From NCBI GenBank assembly GCA_964016885.1, contig OZ024742.1, positions 111,662,001 through 111,726,000 on the forward strand: a stretch of 64,000 nt of DNA, in the 5' to 3' direction. The position numbers and the translations under genes were made by a program. The first letter of the stretch is position 1. Each line of letters begins with the position of its first letter. Shown piece by piece: positions 40,200-55,298 of the stretch. The notes beneath the pieces were generated by a model. It saw only the letters and a list, made by a program, of their open reading frames with translations, was not told the DNA's origin and ran no database searches. This DNA is from Eledone cirrhosa. Taxonomy: Eukaryota.

Positions 40200-42059
40200 A
40201 ACACCAGCCAAGCTATTAGATGTTCTCCGATCTAAGGTCCGAGCAATCTATGAGGATCATCCAATTTCAAATTGACAGCTATTACGTTTCAATAAACCCG
40301 GAACTGCTCAACAAAGCGTTAACCCTAGCCAGCACCAGCTCGGACAATACCAATAATTGTTTCTACTTTAGGCACAAGGCCAGCAATTACCCAGTGCATT
40401 ATTGGTACTTTATTTTATCGACCCCGTAAGGATGAAAGGGAAAGTCAACCTCGGCGGGATTTGAACTCAGATCGTAAAGGGGCGTAACTATGCTGGAAAG
40501 CATGGCGTCCGACCCTCTACAATGACATTGACATATCCCCGATTTAGTTGGAATTTACCTATTACATAACATCAGATCCGAAATCCTACCATTGCGAGGA
40601 GGAATATACACGGACTAGGCCCTATTTGCAGTCCACAATTGCACTAATCGGGGCATTGATTTGCTCAACATACAATTACATAGATTTTTTAAAAATAACG
40701 GTCTCTCTATCACCATCGAGCCGAACCATAAAGTAGTAAACTTCCAAGACATCTCCTTGGATCTTAACAATAACCTATATTACCCTTACCATAAACCAGG
40801 TGAAATACTTACATATATTAGCCCGCACTCTAAACACCCACCGGTAGTCATCAGCGCAGTAATCAAATCTATCTTGTATAAGATCTCCATGCTATCAGCA
40901 AATGAGGAGATATTTATAAACCATGCACCATATTATAATAAGGCTCTTTCTGAATCTGGTTATGAACAATCCATTTACTACGTACCTAAATGCCATAACA
41001 CAGCAATTCACCATAATAAACTTAACACTAGAACTAGAAATACCTTAGCATATAGCCAGATTCGCCGGAATTTTAGCAGTTACAGCACTTATACAGGGAA
41101 CTTTAATGGTGGCAGCGGCCTGCTCCCCACTCCAAGTAGCAAACTAAAAATCAACCCCAAAATAGGAATGAGAAATGGGATGACAAATAACAAATGCCCA
41201 GGTAATAATAACCCTAGGAAGGCCCCTACCAACCCCACTATAACCCCTAGAAGGAATAGGCCTCGAAATATCACCTGGCTTAACCCCCCATTCTGATCTA
41301 ATCTAGCCACTAATATCCCGAAACGCTTCTTCTCTATCCTATATAAACATTTCCCCTCCCAAACATAGATATTACAAACCTTTTAATAAAAATAACATTA
41401 AAATCTCATTCTCCACGACACCTAACCTAGCTAGCCACATCGCATTCAGTAACCATCATAAACTAAGACAGTATAACTCTCACACCGCGGTACCACCACC
41501 CCTATCAAATACACCACGCCACTACACCAATATTTACTCTAGTAGCACATCTCCCCCATCTAATCCTTCTAACACTGACCAACCGCTTAGGTCAAACTAC
41601 CCTACTCTCACTAACCGCAGAAGCAACTGCAACTGTCGTTACCCTAATGCATGCCCACTAAATGGACACTGCCTGACACCTAAAATAGTCTATAGGTGCA
41701 CGGTTAAAACTGCTTCGAATACCAGCTCCTATATCGGGTCTACCTCTAACCCTTTTAAGGTACGATATAATGCGCACTCATTTTATCACCGAGACCCTAA
41801 CAACAGATGTTCGACATCTCTAGCTAGGCTCATTAAAAACCTTAAATTAACCAACATTGAACCCTCACTAACATGGGATATATTAGCTAGGGCCCAAGCG
41901 TTCAATGGACGAAGAAAATCTTGTGATCTTTGTATTACCGAAGCATATTACATAACTCTATCACGACCTCTACCGATTAACGATAGAACTAAGGTAACTA
42001 TTAGCTGTCAACATCGAAGTGCTAATTGCTTCGCCAACAGAATATTTGACCCAACATAG
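40200..42059 (+). mobile_element. Penelope-like element (Naiad-type), decayed
   Basis: IIQFQIDSYYVSI, VVNFQDISLDL, PYHKP, SKHPP, WLNPPF, KISFSTTPN, CNCR..CPLNGHCL, IVYRC..YIGSTSN.FKVRY, CDLCITE. Confidence 0.88.
40353..40520 (-). mobile_element. SINE S1 inserted in PLE RT
   Basis: Reverse complement of the S1 consensus; interrupts the RT. Confidence 0.9.
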
Positions 42060-42588
42060 TCATCTAGCCTCATTTTTACTTGTAGCTAATAAGTGAAATA
42101 GCTATAACTAACTTCGACAATTATAAGTTACCTCCCCTACATTGTCTCTCAAATAATAAATTAAAAAATTAGCACTTAACTATAAACTACCCACAATTTC
42201 TAATCTCTCGAGTAGTTACTTCCCCTGAAACCAATGTCTAATTAGTAAGGTAAATATGTCCATTGGCGGCCATCTTGTTACCCATAGGCAGATCTCACAC
42301 AATGTAGCCTCGACAGATGATTGATTATGGCAGACAATTGATACAACCAGGACACCATAGTGAAATACCAATATATGGAACTTTATATTATGTAACATTC
42401 TTTCCTTATTTTAAATTAGATTCCTTTGAAGTTCCGATGAGCCGCTCTGTCTTTAAATATGTTAATTATTTTCAACTAAACCAGATCAATAATGATACAT
42501 AGTCAATTAATCCAGAAATATTATATGGAGTAGCTAAACAATTGTAAACGGACATTATTATTATTATAAACGGACATTATTATTATTA

Positions 42589-42787
42589 GGGCGGTGAATT
42601 GGCAGTATCGGTAAAGGGTCGGACGCTACGCTTTCTAGCATAGCTACGTCTCTTTACAGTCTGAGTTCAAATCCCGCCGAGGTTAACTTTGCCTTTCATC
42701 CTTACGGGGTCGATAAAATAAAGTACCAGTAATGTACTGGGTAATTGGTGACCCTGTGTCTAAAGTAGAAACAATTATTATTATTAT
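42589..42787 (+). mobile_element. tRNA-derived SINE (family S1), full length
   Basis: GGGCGGTGAATTGGCAGTATCGGT...GTTCAAATCC...(ATT)n, inserted in an (ATT)n tract. Confidence 0.92.
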
Positions 42788-42908
42788 TCTCTACATTCCT
42801 TACATCAAACTAAAATATTTTGACAATCTTTTAATAATGTCTTTCTTGTGAAATTTGTGGTCTTGCTTTGCTTAACTAATGAATATATATATATATTTAT
42901 ATAAATAT

Positions 42909-43432
<524 letters not shown>

Positions 43433-43440
43433 TATATATA

Positions 43441-44283
43441 ACTTTGAAATGTTTTGGCCCGTATTGGCCCAGGCCATGTCTAACTTAATAGCACCACCTG
43501 GCGAAGTCTTTCAATTCAGAATTTGGCCACCATGGCCCATTCGAGTAGAGAATTACTGTTTGCGGAGATATATCCGGGTGTGGGTGGTTTGTCCGGGATT
43601 ACTTGGAGGAATTTGTCCAAAAACCTCTTGAATTTTGTGCGTTCAGTTTCTGTTTTGACGTGTCCCGGTGTGATGTTGAAGAGAGCAGGGCCAATTGAGG
43701 TGAAATAATTGTGCCGTATCGTTGTTATGAGTTGCGATTTAGATTTTTGTTTGGGACGGATAGCACGGGGACCAAGCCTTGGGTGTATTTTTAAGGTGAT
43801 GCCAACATCATTTGCGCAGTGCCGATGAAACATTTTCCACATCATGCAGATAATATAACGCTCACGACGACGTTGGAGTGATTAAAGTTTCAGCTTTTTT
43901 AGTCGACCCCAGTAGTCAAGGTCTGACATACCATCTATCTTTTTCGAGATTGCCCTTTGGGAGCTCCAAATTTCCTGATACTTTGTTTCGTGTGGGGAGA
44001 CCACAGTGGACAACAGTATTAAAGGTGTGGTCGGGCAAGAGAAGGATAATGGTGTGGGAATCTCTCGACTGGAAGGTTCTGATGATCCAGGAACACATTC
44101 TGCGGGCCATGTCAACTTTGCTGCTTATAGGCGTGGCCCAGCTTATGTAGCTGTCCACGGTTACTCCCAAGTCTCTGATGTTGTTAGATGCCACGAGAGT
44201 TTCACCGGAGGGAAGGGAGTACGGGAGTTTCAGAGCATCCTCTTTTCCAAAATGGATCACTTCGAATTTGTCTTCGTTCAGTA
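43441..44283 (-). mobile_element. CR1-group LINE 3' fragment
   Basis: NEDKFEVIHFG, IRDLGVTVD, IIRTF.SRD, LDYWGRLKKLKL..LQRRRERY, FK..LDKFL..IPD.P, followed by a short 3' UTR. Confidence 0.88.
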
Positions 44284-44797
44284 ATATATAATATATATAA
44301 TATATATAATATATATATATAATATATATATATATGTATATATATAATATATATAATAGGAACCAGTAAGACCCCGACAGCTGAGCTCAAGCCGTTTCGA
44401 CGGCTAATTCTGGACGATTATATATATATCTGTAATATGACAGTAAACACTGGTATACATCCATAAGTCATGTGAATTTCCACCGTTACATCCCACAAAA
44501 ACTGCTGGTGCATTTGACATCTTCCATCCCATCTTTGAATATGTTTAGTAGCAATCTGTTTATTATACTTTTGATGTTTTAATATGAGATATTATTATCT
44601 CAGATTGATTACACGATAATGGCAATTATTTTATTTGGTCGTACCTCATAATGACGTTCCCCTTTCTAGAGATTCAATAACGAAATCTAGAAATTTTTCT
44701 TCTCTCTTTGGTAATAAATTTGGCGTGTAGACTGAGAAATGTATTAGCAATATATTTCGCCCAACTATTGTTATTAATGTTTATTATATACATATAT

Positions 44798-45232
44798 ATA
44801 ACGGCGATGAATTAGTTTTGCGAGGTGTTTGATATGAAATCGTGTGTCGAAACAAATATTGTTATACTTGGGGAGGGTCATATTTGTGTAATATTGCCAG
44901 AATTAATAACAGAACACACTCACTGTTTCGTTGGTTTTCGCTTCTGTGTCTTTTATATCGGTATCTAAATACAATGCAACGGGAGGAAACTATAGCACCA
45001 CTGATGATGTTGCAGATGTGCAACGAAAGAACTTTGATAAACTATATATATGTGTTTGTGTCTATATTGTATCTGTATTATTTTTTACCGTTGGTCAGTC
45101 AATGGCAACATTGGGGACCGAATAAATTAGATTACCGATATAAAAGACACAAAAGCGAAAACCAACCAAACAGTGAGTGTGTTCTGTTATTAATTCTGGC
45201 AATATTACACAAATATGACCCTCCCCAAGTAT

Positions 45233-45240
<8 letters not shown>
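44798..45240 (+). mobile_element. Family C foldback with HHR-like motif in the spacer
   Basis: 44855-44962 is inverted at 45133-45240. CTGATGA(45001)-T-GTTGCA-GATG-TGCAAC-GAAA. (TA)n flanks. Confidence 0.78.
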
Positions 45241-45315
<75 letters not shown>

Positions 45316-45364
45316 AATATATATATATATATACGATTTGTTATGCCTTCATTACATTTATTGA

Positions 45365-46320
45365 TTGGTGACGCCCGTTTCGCAATTGATCAGCTCAAGA
45401 TTTGATCTGTATCGATTAGGCTCGACTCTGGAATCAAAATCTCGTCGGACCTCTGTCTTGGTAATGACAGAATAAACACGTGTTCATTTTGGCATTACTA
45501 CAGCAGAGGTCCGACAAGCTTATATTGCCCAAATATTGTTGTTCATGTTTATCGTATATTTGTATTTTTTCAGATAAACTTTATAAATCTTCCTTTTGGA
45601 TATTATTAATTGACACCCAAATTAATGTTGGCCAATCTTTAAGGTCATCGCATTCAGTAAACAGCAAAGTTTCTGTCCGTCAATAATCTTGTTCCTCATT
45701 AACTCATGTGTGCTGATATTAAGTCCGTTTGGCATAAGTCCGTTTGTCAAAAGTGTATTTTCTTTTCTTGTGCACAGTTGATGTTTATTACGACTGTGAA
45801 ACTAAGTTGTGTATATTTGATTAACTATCTATTAACGAGTTTCTCTCTCAGTCTCTATCTTTCACCCATCTCCTCTCATCTGCTGGATAAACAATGCGCA
45901 GCTCTTAATTCCCAATTTCTGACCCCTTTTTTTTTCACTACCATGGCTGTACTTCTCATTACATAATTTCTGAAGTAAGTCGATTTATATTTCATGGCAT
46001 CTTCCTTCAGCATTTCCGCAATTTGTCATTTCCCTCGTTCTAGTCGCGAGCATTTTTATTATTGATGCCTGGTGTTCTCTCTTTGCTGCCTTTTTCACGG
46101 GACACTCCGCTAGGTTCATCCCTCGTTATCTATTGTTTTATTATCAACTTTACATTTTGTCTTTCCGGACCACCTCGATTCGAAGTTGTACAATTCCGCT
46201 CGCGTCTGCGCCTGAAGTTGCGTTACATATTCGGATTATAGAATATATTAATAATTTCGAGAAGAAAACAAATCCTTCTTCGCGTGAGGAGATTGAACTA
46301 GGTGCAGTCTATGATATGTA
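45365..46320 (-). mobile_element. Highly decayed LINE (RTE-like) RT remnant
   Basis: Traces of RAISL and TDQI..SICE motifs on the minus strand; many stops; boundaries approximate. Confidence 0.4.
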
Positions 46321-46596
46321 GAGTTATCAGTTATACAATTATATAACCAGCAGGTGTACCACACAACCACCTATACTGTTCCGTTATTTATAACTTTTTA
46401 AAAGTTTTATTGTAAATATTATATGTAGGTATCTTTATGGCTTCACCTTCTTTATACTTACATATTCCCTTAAATATTTTACATCGTTGGATTACGTGTT
46501 CGGTTATTCTATCAATTATTAAAGACTAATATGTACTTCTATTTATTTAATTATTCCATGCTTATCTCTACAAATAACTAATCCCCCCTCTCACTC

Positions 46597-46642
<46 letters not shown>

Positions 46643-47489
46643 GAGAGAGATAAAGAGTGACATATATGTATATATATATATAATGTCAGAGTAAGGTGGT
46701 ACACTGCCCACCAAGGCAGTCTATCTTGTAGTCACCCGACAGTTTGGTTCTTAATAGAGGCTGTAAGAAGGGAAGAGAGCCTACAAAACCAGGGACTCTT
46801 TTGGAATTTGTTCAAGAGAACCTCCACAAAAGAAGAGGAAATACGTGAACAGAGAAGGAAGAATTAAAAGCATTGTTGAATCAAGAGAAGATTATCTTCG
46901 ACACATTCCCTACAACATTACTTTTTAAATTTTTATTCTTTCTAGAATTAATCTTTTCGATTTTAAACGTTGTAAATTTGTGGTTCATTCTACCATGAAA
47001 CGTGTCGATTTTTAATAATTTTTGGGTACCCGTTGTGAAGGTGTAATTATTTGTACTCCAAAAAATTATCGATTTCAAGTATATTATTATTTTTATCAAC
47101 TTCGCTCAAAGCCTCTTAAAAAACATCGCTTAATAGGCATCGCTCAAAATGCATATCATTTTCATTTCACCTCAAATAACTTCGCTCAGCTTGACTCCGC
47201 TCACGGCTGGACACCTTCAATATACAATGAGTGAAAATAATTGCGATTTTGCATGATATATTATTTGAAATACGTTTATTTCCGGTGTGTTTATGAGGGC
47301 ATGTGTGTTTACCTGTTTGTCCCGTAAAGAAGTTGATCGGCAATAAATGATCAGTAATATGGAGTAGTAACATCAATCTGTTTGCGAAAACTCTTCAACA
47401 CCTATATGGATGCAGACATGTCGAACGACTGAAACAAAATAAGTGAAAGATTTGATTTATTATATAATTAATTATTCATAACCCTTAAA

Positions 47490-47705
47490 TGTTGGTCTGG
47501 AGCCATTGGGATCATTAGATCGGTGTTTATACAGGTTTTCTGGCTTGAAGCGCCGGAGAGTATAAGCCCCCTCAATGGACAGGACACCAATCCATCGCAG
47601 AATGAAACCCCATCTATTGCAGAGGAACGAAATACATAATCCTGTCCAGGAATCGAACACACGACAGTATGAACGTACATCAATCACACTTACCACTTTT
47701 GCCAT
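47490..47705 (-). mobile_element. Old tRNA-derived SINE (second family)
   Basis: Minus strand: AGTGGTAAG...GTTCGATTCCTGG (A/B boxes), then CTGCGATGGATTGGTGTCCTGTCCA, resembling a conserved SINE central domain. Confidence 0.6.
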
Positions 47706-48272
47706 TGTCTGTACAAGCATTAGAATATAAATATTCAGATATAATGTAGGATATGCATCGTATAGAATTACATACTTTGCCATTGCTTTCCATATTTCTT
47801 CATTGAAAATCATTATCACATATCCAGAAAACATTTGACCAATGTGTGTGATATTGATCATATTTGGGGGTTTGCACATTATGTGTTTGTATTTACATGT
47901 ATAATGATCTCCTATGCTTCTTTTATTACTAGGCTTTATTTCTATATACATTTTTGTGTACATGCGAATCTTCCTTTCTCTTTCTTATATATTTGAACTA
48001 ACTTCTGTTACCATTAATATGTACATTGATTCCTAACCTGTAAATTATATGCAGTATGAATGACCCATAATTTGATTTATAAAAACAAGTGTGCTTATAT
48101 ATGTTCAAATATATTGAGTTAATGTCAAAATGCTTTTTCACATCCTTTAAGTAAATTTTTTTTGCCTTTTTCTTTGCCCACTTTAGCAACCCCAATCATA
48201 CATAAATACGTACACACATTCATACATTTATTCCTATATGCATATACATATATATATGCATATACGAATAAA

Positions 48273-48319
<47 letters not shown>

Positions 48320-49039
48320 GAGATTTGTTTCAATATGTGTCGTGCACAGAGGCTTACCTAATTATTGAAGGTTGGAATGTTTCATAATATTGTTTTCTCA
48401 TTTTTCATATTCTAGAAATATGTGAAGTTATTTGTGTTCATGTTGTTTTTCTCTTCTGTTTCTATCACATATTTAAACATGTAAATACGTTACATGCTCA
48501 ATTCTGAAAATCTCCCATTCATCTTATTCACGGTATATATTTCATTGAGGCATGGAAAAAATATATATGTCCTCGTACCTGGACACATATTCTCCCATAC
48601 ATACGCGCGAACCCACCCACAAACGCAAACACAGACACACATTTAGTTGATCATTTAAATGCATCAGGATCGGGCATATTCAACTACACACAAGTATAAA
48701 TAAGCCAAGCAATAATCTGCATATACTGTTGAACTGGTTAGTCGGAATTCATATATGTTCGTTATCTTTATGAACTCAATATTGCCTTTGCACTGAGAAA
48801 GGTGCAGTTTATACACAAATGCGAATATAAATCAAATATAGAAAGAGGAATTGTAAAACTAAAAAAGGTAATATACAAAAATCTGAATAAGTCTTGCAGT
48901 GAGTAATCCTCTATAAGAGCAATCCTAAATAATAAAATGCCTCGTAAATACGTTACGTGAGAGCTAAGATTCATCTACTGACACATAGCAAAACAATGGC
49001 TTATATACAAACAACAAGCAAAATACATATGCTCTCGTG

Positions 49040-49079
<40 letters not shown>

Positions 49080-50290
49080 CGTGTGTGAGTCTGTGTGTGT
49101 GTGCGTGTGTGTGTGTGTTTGTATGCAGGATATTCATAGGTAAAAGGCCAAGGAAACCAATGCTCAATCTCTTGGCAGAGAGCTTATTTTGTGTAATGAA
49201 AATTTCATCTATTTAACATGTATATCAAACCTTAGGTTTCGGTGTCCAGCTATGGCCACTGCTGTACAGGGGTGGATCCGTTTCAATGCTGGCCTCTCAT
49301 CGGGCACCAGGAAAAGCATTATGAATAAAATAAAAAAAACATTGCTAACGGTTTTGTTTTCGTAATTTTGCCTTGGCGCCCGATAAGGGGGAGACTTTGA
49401 AACGGCTCCTCCAATATACAGTGGGGCCATGAATGGACCCCGAAACATAAGAGCGCGCATATATGTTAAGTTTTAATGTACGTTCTAATACCTGTAATGA
49501 ATTTGCTCTCTCGCTCACCTATTGAATCGTACAAGTTGTGAAATATACTGGTTTACGCACGTGGTTGGTCGAAATATCCAGAATTCTGACTCCAACCAGC
49601 GCGCTAATTCTATACTGTTGTCTAATCGCAAGTTGGTAATTAATGTCTGGAAACGTTGTAGGCACCACCATTGTTACTCTCGCAATATTTCTCACCAGGG
49701 GACTTGGAGACTAGAGCCGAATGCTACCATTCTATTGTACTGCGATAGGAGACTGCATTTTTCTAATAACCAATTTTTTCCTAACTTGTTAATTTGTGTT
49801 TGAGATACCTTGGCTGAGTGCTTATGGCGGGAGCGGAACTATTTGAATTTCGTCTCCTGCCGTCACGTAAATTTCTAAATCGGTAGCCAGTCAAGAGACG
49901 GCAATGTGACGTGTAGAGATTCCAGTTACCAACATTTTACACTGATGGCCGTCACATACAGTCATAGCCGGCACAGAGTGGAATCGAATTCTGTCGATCG
50001 ATTGGTCATTGTTTCAGCAAAATCATCTGATGTATCCACATGCGCCGATTGTGCATTGTTGCGTAATATAAGCGGACAGGTGGTGATGTGCACTCTATTG
50101 CTGCATTAAGTGTGGCCAAAACTCGAGTTGTTTTCGGGAAAAATTGAAGGTACCCGTTTATGTGCGCTGTAACAAAGCGAATAATATGTGCATATTCAGG
50201 GAGTTTATTTAATATTACCTATTGAGTACGCTGAGATGCAACCGGTCCTGGCAGTGATACCCATGCTAGTTCCGTCAACCTATTATATAA

Positions 50291-50324
<34 letters not shown>

Positions 50325-51786
50325 ATGTGTGTGTGTGTGTGTACACAGACACATACACACACATATATATATAGGAATATGTGTGTGTTTGTGTGTGTGA
50401 ATATATATGCTTGTGTGCATGTCAACATATTGTTTCATCATCTTTGGCCATATGTAACCGGTATCGCTGAAACACATATCTATTTTCTAAAATATTCTGT
50501 TTATTATCTCAATCACAAGTTCCGAATAAACGATATATATCATTTTATGATGTAGGGTGTTGAATAATTCTAGCTGAACCGAAACAATATCGTAGAGAAT
50601 ATATTTATAATAAACAGTTTAAAATATTAGTACGTGCCGGTCTGCATTCTGTGCGGAACTACTTGAGTAGTACTATGCAGAATTTGACTATGAGACCTCA
50701 GTATCTCAGTAAAATATATAAAAGTTTCTACAGTTATGTGGCATAATATGAATTTATTACTTCGGTATGATAGTAAATTATATGAAACTGTCAGGTAAGG
50801 GGAGCTGAAAGATCTTCTGCTTTGGCAAGATCAAAACATTCTGTTTCTAGATAGCATCAGAATTTAATTTCCACTAAACTTAAGATCATATTTTTCTATT
50901 TTTGTTTGTATTGGCTAGAACCTCTTATAGCAAACCTAACAACTTTCCTACACATTCACACATATATAAATCTGTAGTTAATGTCTCCATAAGTGATAAA
51001 AAATAATACTAACTTCAATATAGCCACTTTGTATCAACATATATAGCATATAAGATATATAACTTATACACAAACTTTCACATCAAGCGATTGGTCAATT
51101 TATTTGGATAGGTGTGATACTATCTATTAATAATAAATATGTGTGAGTTAGTTAAAATATGACATTATTATATATCCACACATTCCTTTCTAGAAAATCG
51201 AAAGTAAAGCTAAATTCTAATTGGTATATGATAAGTCGAATGTTAAATGGAATTCCAGTTTCTACACACACAAATATAGTCATAGACTCACACGTATACC
51301 CACAGATAAACAGAAACAAACACAGAAACAAACTCTAGAATCGAATATAGACACAAACATGTAATGGAATATTATCTTGTAGTTCGTGTCAAGTCACTTC
51401 TCGTTCGTAAAGTGTTTCGCTAATCATAGGTTTGCGTCAGTCTACGTATAAGATCGTGACAGCAAACGTAGTGATAAAGAGAGAAAGATTTCTCTCTGCA
51501 TGATTAAGGTTATTAAAATCAAAGAAGTTCAGAACTTGAAAATGTGTCTCTGTGATTTGACAAGATTTCTGATATTTACCATTTTCTAATTTGCTCCTTT
51601 TCTATAGATGAATCCTGAACACGCACACTAAAAGAAGCACACACATGCATACAATATATACACATTTATAGTTCATAAAGGTGGGAACATAGATATGCAT
51701 AGCTAATATACGAAAAAATGTGTGTTAATATATATAAATTAAATAGCAAAGTAATGTTAAATAATTACAAGTATATCCTTAATATA

Positions 51787-51840
<54 letters not shown>

Positions 51841-51883
51841 ATAATAAATGTGAAAACTAAAATATGAAGAGGGCTCGATAAGG

Positions 51884-51924
<41 letters not shown>

Positions 51925-52039
51925 ATAAAAGCCGTAGAACAAATATTTATTAAAATAACAGATTAAACTTTAAGCAAATAATCGCTGCTTTTACCTACAC
52001 ATGTATCTTGCGTCGCCTTATTTTTCCTGTAAATCTCGT

Positions 52040-54180
52040 CACCGATTCTTTCCTGAGACATTCAAACAACATGACTGTGTTATCGTAGATGTGATCTCTC
52101 AATTCAGAGAAACAGTGGCTCCGGCTGGAGTGACTCTGTGTTCTCCGAGCTACAGACTCTAGTTAGTAACATTATACCAAAATTCCTTCGGAGGCGCCCC
52201 ATTTTGGCCGCTTGTATGCGCGAGCATATTTTTCGGTCATGATTCAAGACACAGGACCATAGATATGGGTTGGTTTGAATATCTAATTGAAAATAGTGAG
52301 GTTGGCAATTACATCAACCTCCGTTTTTCTGATTACTAAATGCTGAAGCTGCTGCACATATGACACTTAGTAGTACTCCCTCTTGCATACCATCCCCTGT
52401 AAACACTACCATTGTATACTGAAATTCTCCATCTGCTTCAATTGAACCATCGACAATTAGAGAGGACTGCGCAGACGTCCTTGAGATGACAATTGTTTCA
52501 CATTTAGGAGCACCAATTTTTATTACTTCCGTGAGATCACCAAACAGACTACAATATGGCCGGATACAGTTAATACATCCATACCGCATCGTTCGAGGCC
52601 GCGAGATAACAAGGGATACGTTTGGAAGTGGGGATTTGCCTCTTGATGTTTAGACTGGCAAAAAGGTATCTCAGTCCGATGCAATTTTATGCGTGAAACA
52701 AAGAGCTTAAATACAGATCCTTACTTCAGGAAGTCTTCAATCTTCAATATAAATATAAATGGTCACAGTAACTACCTTAATATGTAAAGAGTGAATGGAT
52801 GGAATGGCAATATCGATCTAAATAGGAATGAAGAGGCCTTATTAGAATATTGTACTATGATAGAAATGTACTCTATATGAACAACTTCATTCAGCGCCAA
52901 TTCATCCATAAATACATATGTTACAAGGGGAATCCCGTCAGGAACAACAGTTGATTTAAATATCGCCTCTGGTCTCATGGTATTGTGCCGGATGTTTGTG
53001 TTAAGACAGAGCCTGAACTGTCAACAGATACCCATCAAGTCAAGCGAGCCTACAAAGCTTGTATATCCAGCTTGATATATGGCATGGATTGGGAAGTACT
53101 TGCAGATAAGGAAATTAGGATTTGGATTGTGGATACTATTGCAGTTTCAGAAAACCCCCCCAATCAACCTGAGGAGTGGGGATTTTTCAGCTCTGCTGTT
53201 TAGGAATCAGCTTTGGTGTCAATAGGTACCCTTGGTTGAATTAAGTGTTAAAATATGCCCTCCGAGCAAAAGGCCTCACTTGGAAATAGGTCCTCCTTCT
53301 TCCACTTACGGTACGGAGAAGTGCGAAAGATTAGAGCAAAATGAGTAAAGGCGTTTAAAGTCATGGGAAAACTTTAGTGTTAAGCTGGACGCCTATTTCA
53401 GACCAACATATTGCATTTTCTGGAAAATAATCCGTCGACTTCTTAATAAGAATTCCCCTCCACGCCAGCTATCGGTAACGCGTATGAGGTTCCCCTCTCT
53501 CCTGAGAACTGCATATTTGCCAGGTGGAGACAATGCTTTGCTGAACTCCTAAACACGGTCACAGCAGCATTCTCCGATGGACACAAAGTGCATTTGTGAG
53601 CCATGACTAACCTATCATTGGTTGAGGTTACCAAAGCAATTACAGAGCTCAAGTGTCATAGGTTCCTGAGGAAAGAGGAAATTCGTCCCGAGATATTGAC
53701 AGACTTGAATAGAGAAAGTATTGTCTGGCTGACTCGTAAGTGTCGTAAGATCTCTCGAAAATCCGAAATTATTTTCTAAAACGAAACAGGATTGACAAGC
53801 CTCCCTATTAACGTATATGGCAAGTGTCTGGTAAAGTGATATAGGGAGTTAGTCGAGTCCAAGATAGGTGGCAAATAGCGTGGTTTTCACCTGGATAGCA
53901 GCACAGTTGACTAAATATTCACAGTGACAAATGTTTGAGAAAGTGGGTGAATTGCCAAGAGGTGTATTCTTGATTCATAGATATCGAAAAGGAATACGGC
54001 GTCGTTCTAAGGGGTCTGTTGTGGAAGGTGGTGTAGGATTATGGGATCGATTGACAGCTTCTTTTTTCCCTAATATTGGTTGGGGAATAAATGGTGCTAA
54101 GTTTCCACCATTCAATGTCGGTCCGCCTCTTCCACGCATGCGTAATTTGACCTCGTCTGTTCATTATTTCCGTGGACTAG
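52040..54180 (-). mobile_element. Decayed RTE-clade LINE
   Basis: KI...KCETIVISR...L.V.G....EFQY..VVF..DG, FKPTHIYG..*IMTE...IQAAKM..LRR, FMD. Upstream limit approximate. Confidence 0.65.
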
Positions 54181-54275
54181 ATTGATATGTATTTATATAC
54201 ATACATAATTGCATAAACACACACACACACACACATACACACATATACGCGCGCACACACACAAACACATACACA

Positions 54276-54358
<83 letters not shown>

Positions 54359-54510
54359 CTATATCTATATCTCTCTCTCTCTCTATATATATATATCTAT
54401 ATCTATATATATATATATATATCTATATATATATATCTATATCTATATATATATATATATATATCTATATATATATATCTATATCTATATATATATATAT
54501 ATATATATAT

Positions 54511-55286
54511 ATCATAGATTGAGTTAGAAAATCAAAGTAGTCTTTTAAAATTAAATAGCTCAAAGAAGGGAATCTTTCCGAGTCATGTAATATAATTGAA
54601 TATATGAGAGGGATGAACACCGATATAAGTATACTTGTGTTCAAATTGCAAATGACCAAGTTAGCTAGGTTGAAAGAATACTAATTTAAAACAATATAGT
54701 TTGCCTGACTCGATTTAAAGTAATAAATCAATAAAAATAGCAAACCTATATTGGGCAACTGCCTTCGATACCCGGACAGATCTAACATCTGTTCGTAAGA
54801 ATTATTAAGTGAAAGCCACCATTCCTGGGCTCTTCTGCGGGTATCCAGGAAATTCGTACCTATCACTTCAAAAGATCTAAGAAAACTGAACTATGTGTTG
54901 ATATAAAAGCACATGTCGCAGCGCATAGCGCGTCTCGTACTCATGTCACTAAAAATAGCAGCCGGTTTTATGAGACTGAGGTTAGCTCTACGTATGGAGC
55001 CGAGAATATCATAGATTGAGTTAGAAACTCAAAGTAGTCTTTTACAATGAAATAGCTCAAGGAAGGGAATCTTTCCGGTCCGTGTTATACAATTGAATAT
55101 ATGAGAGGGATGAACACAGATATAAGTATACTTGTGTTCAAATTGCAAATGACCAAGTTAGCTAGGTTGAAAAAAATACTAACTTAAAACAATATGTATT
55201 TTTTCAACCTAGCTAACTTGGTCATTTGCAATTTGAACACATGTATACTAGTATAGGTGTTCATCTCTCTCATATATTCAATTGTA
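54511..55286 (+). repeat. ~497-bp-period direct repeat (1.4 units) with inverted terminal copy
   Basis: 54511-54697 is repeated at 55008-55194. 55196-55286 is the reverse complement of 55088-55178. TA-rich flanks. Confidence 0.85.
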
Positions 55287-55298
55287 TATATATATATA

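Noticed and set aside
41294-41296. In-frame TGA in the PLE as possible selenocysteine (reported for some Naiad PLEs)
   Set aside because: The position (NPPF*) aligns with Asn in the 23-26 kb PLE, not a conserved Cys. The element has other stops and frameshifts, and I identified no SECIS.
47312-47428. Possible minus-strand exon (TTTTGTTTCAG acceptor, CAG/GTAAAC donor)
   Set aside because: Stops in all three frames, no partner exons and no recognisable homology. It could be non-coding, but this needs RNA data.
49230-50160. Possible DNA-transposon (hAT-like) remnant
   Set aside because: GC-richer with a CAGGGG..GGATC start, but no matching TIR or convincing transposase motif
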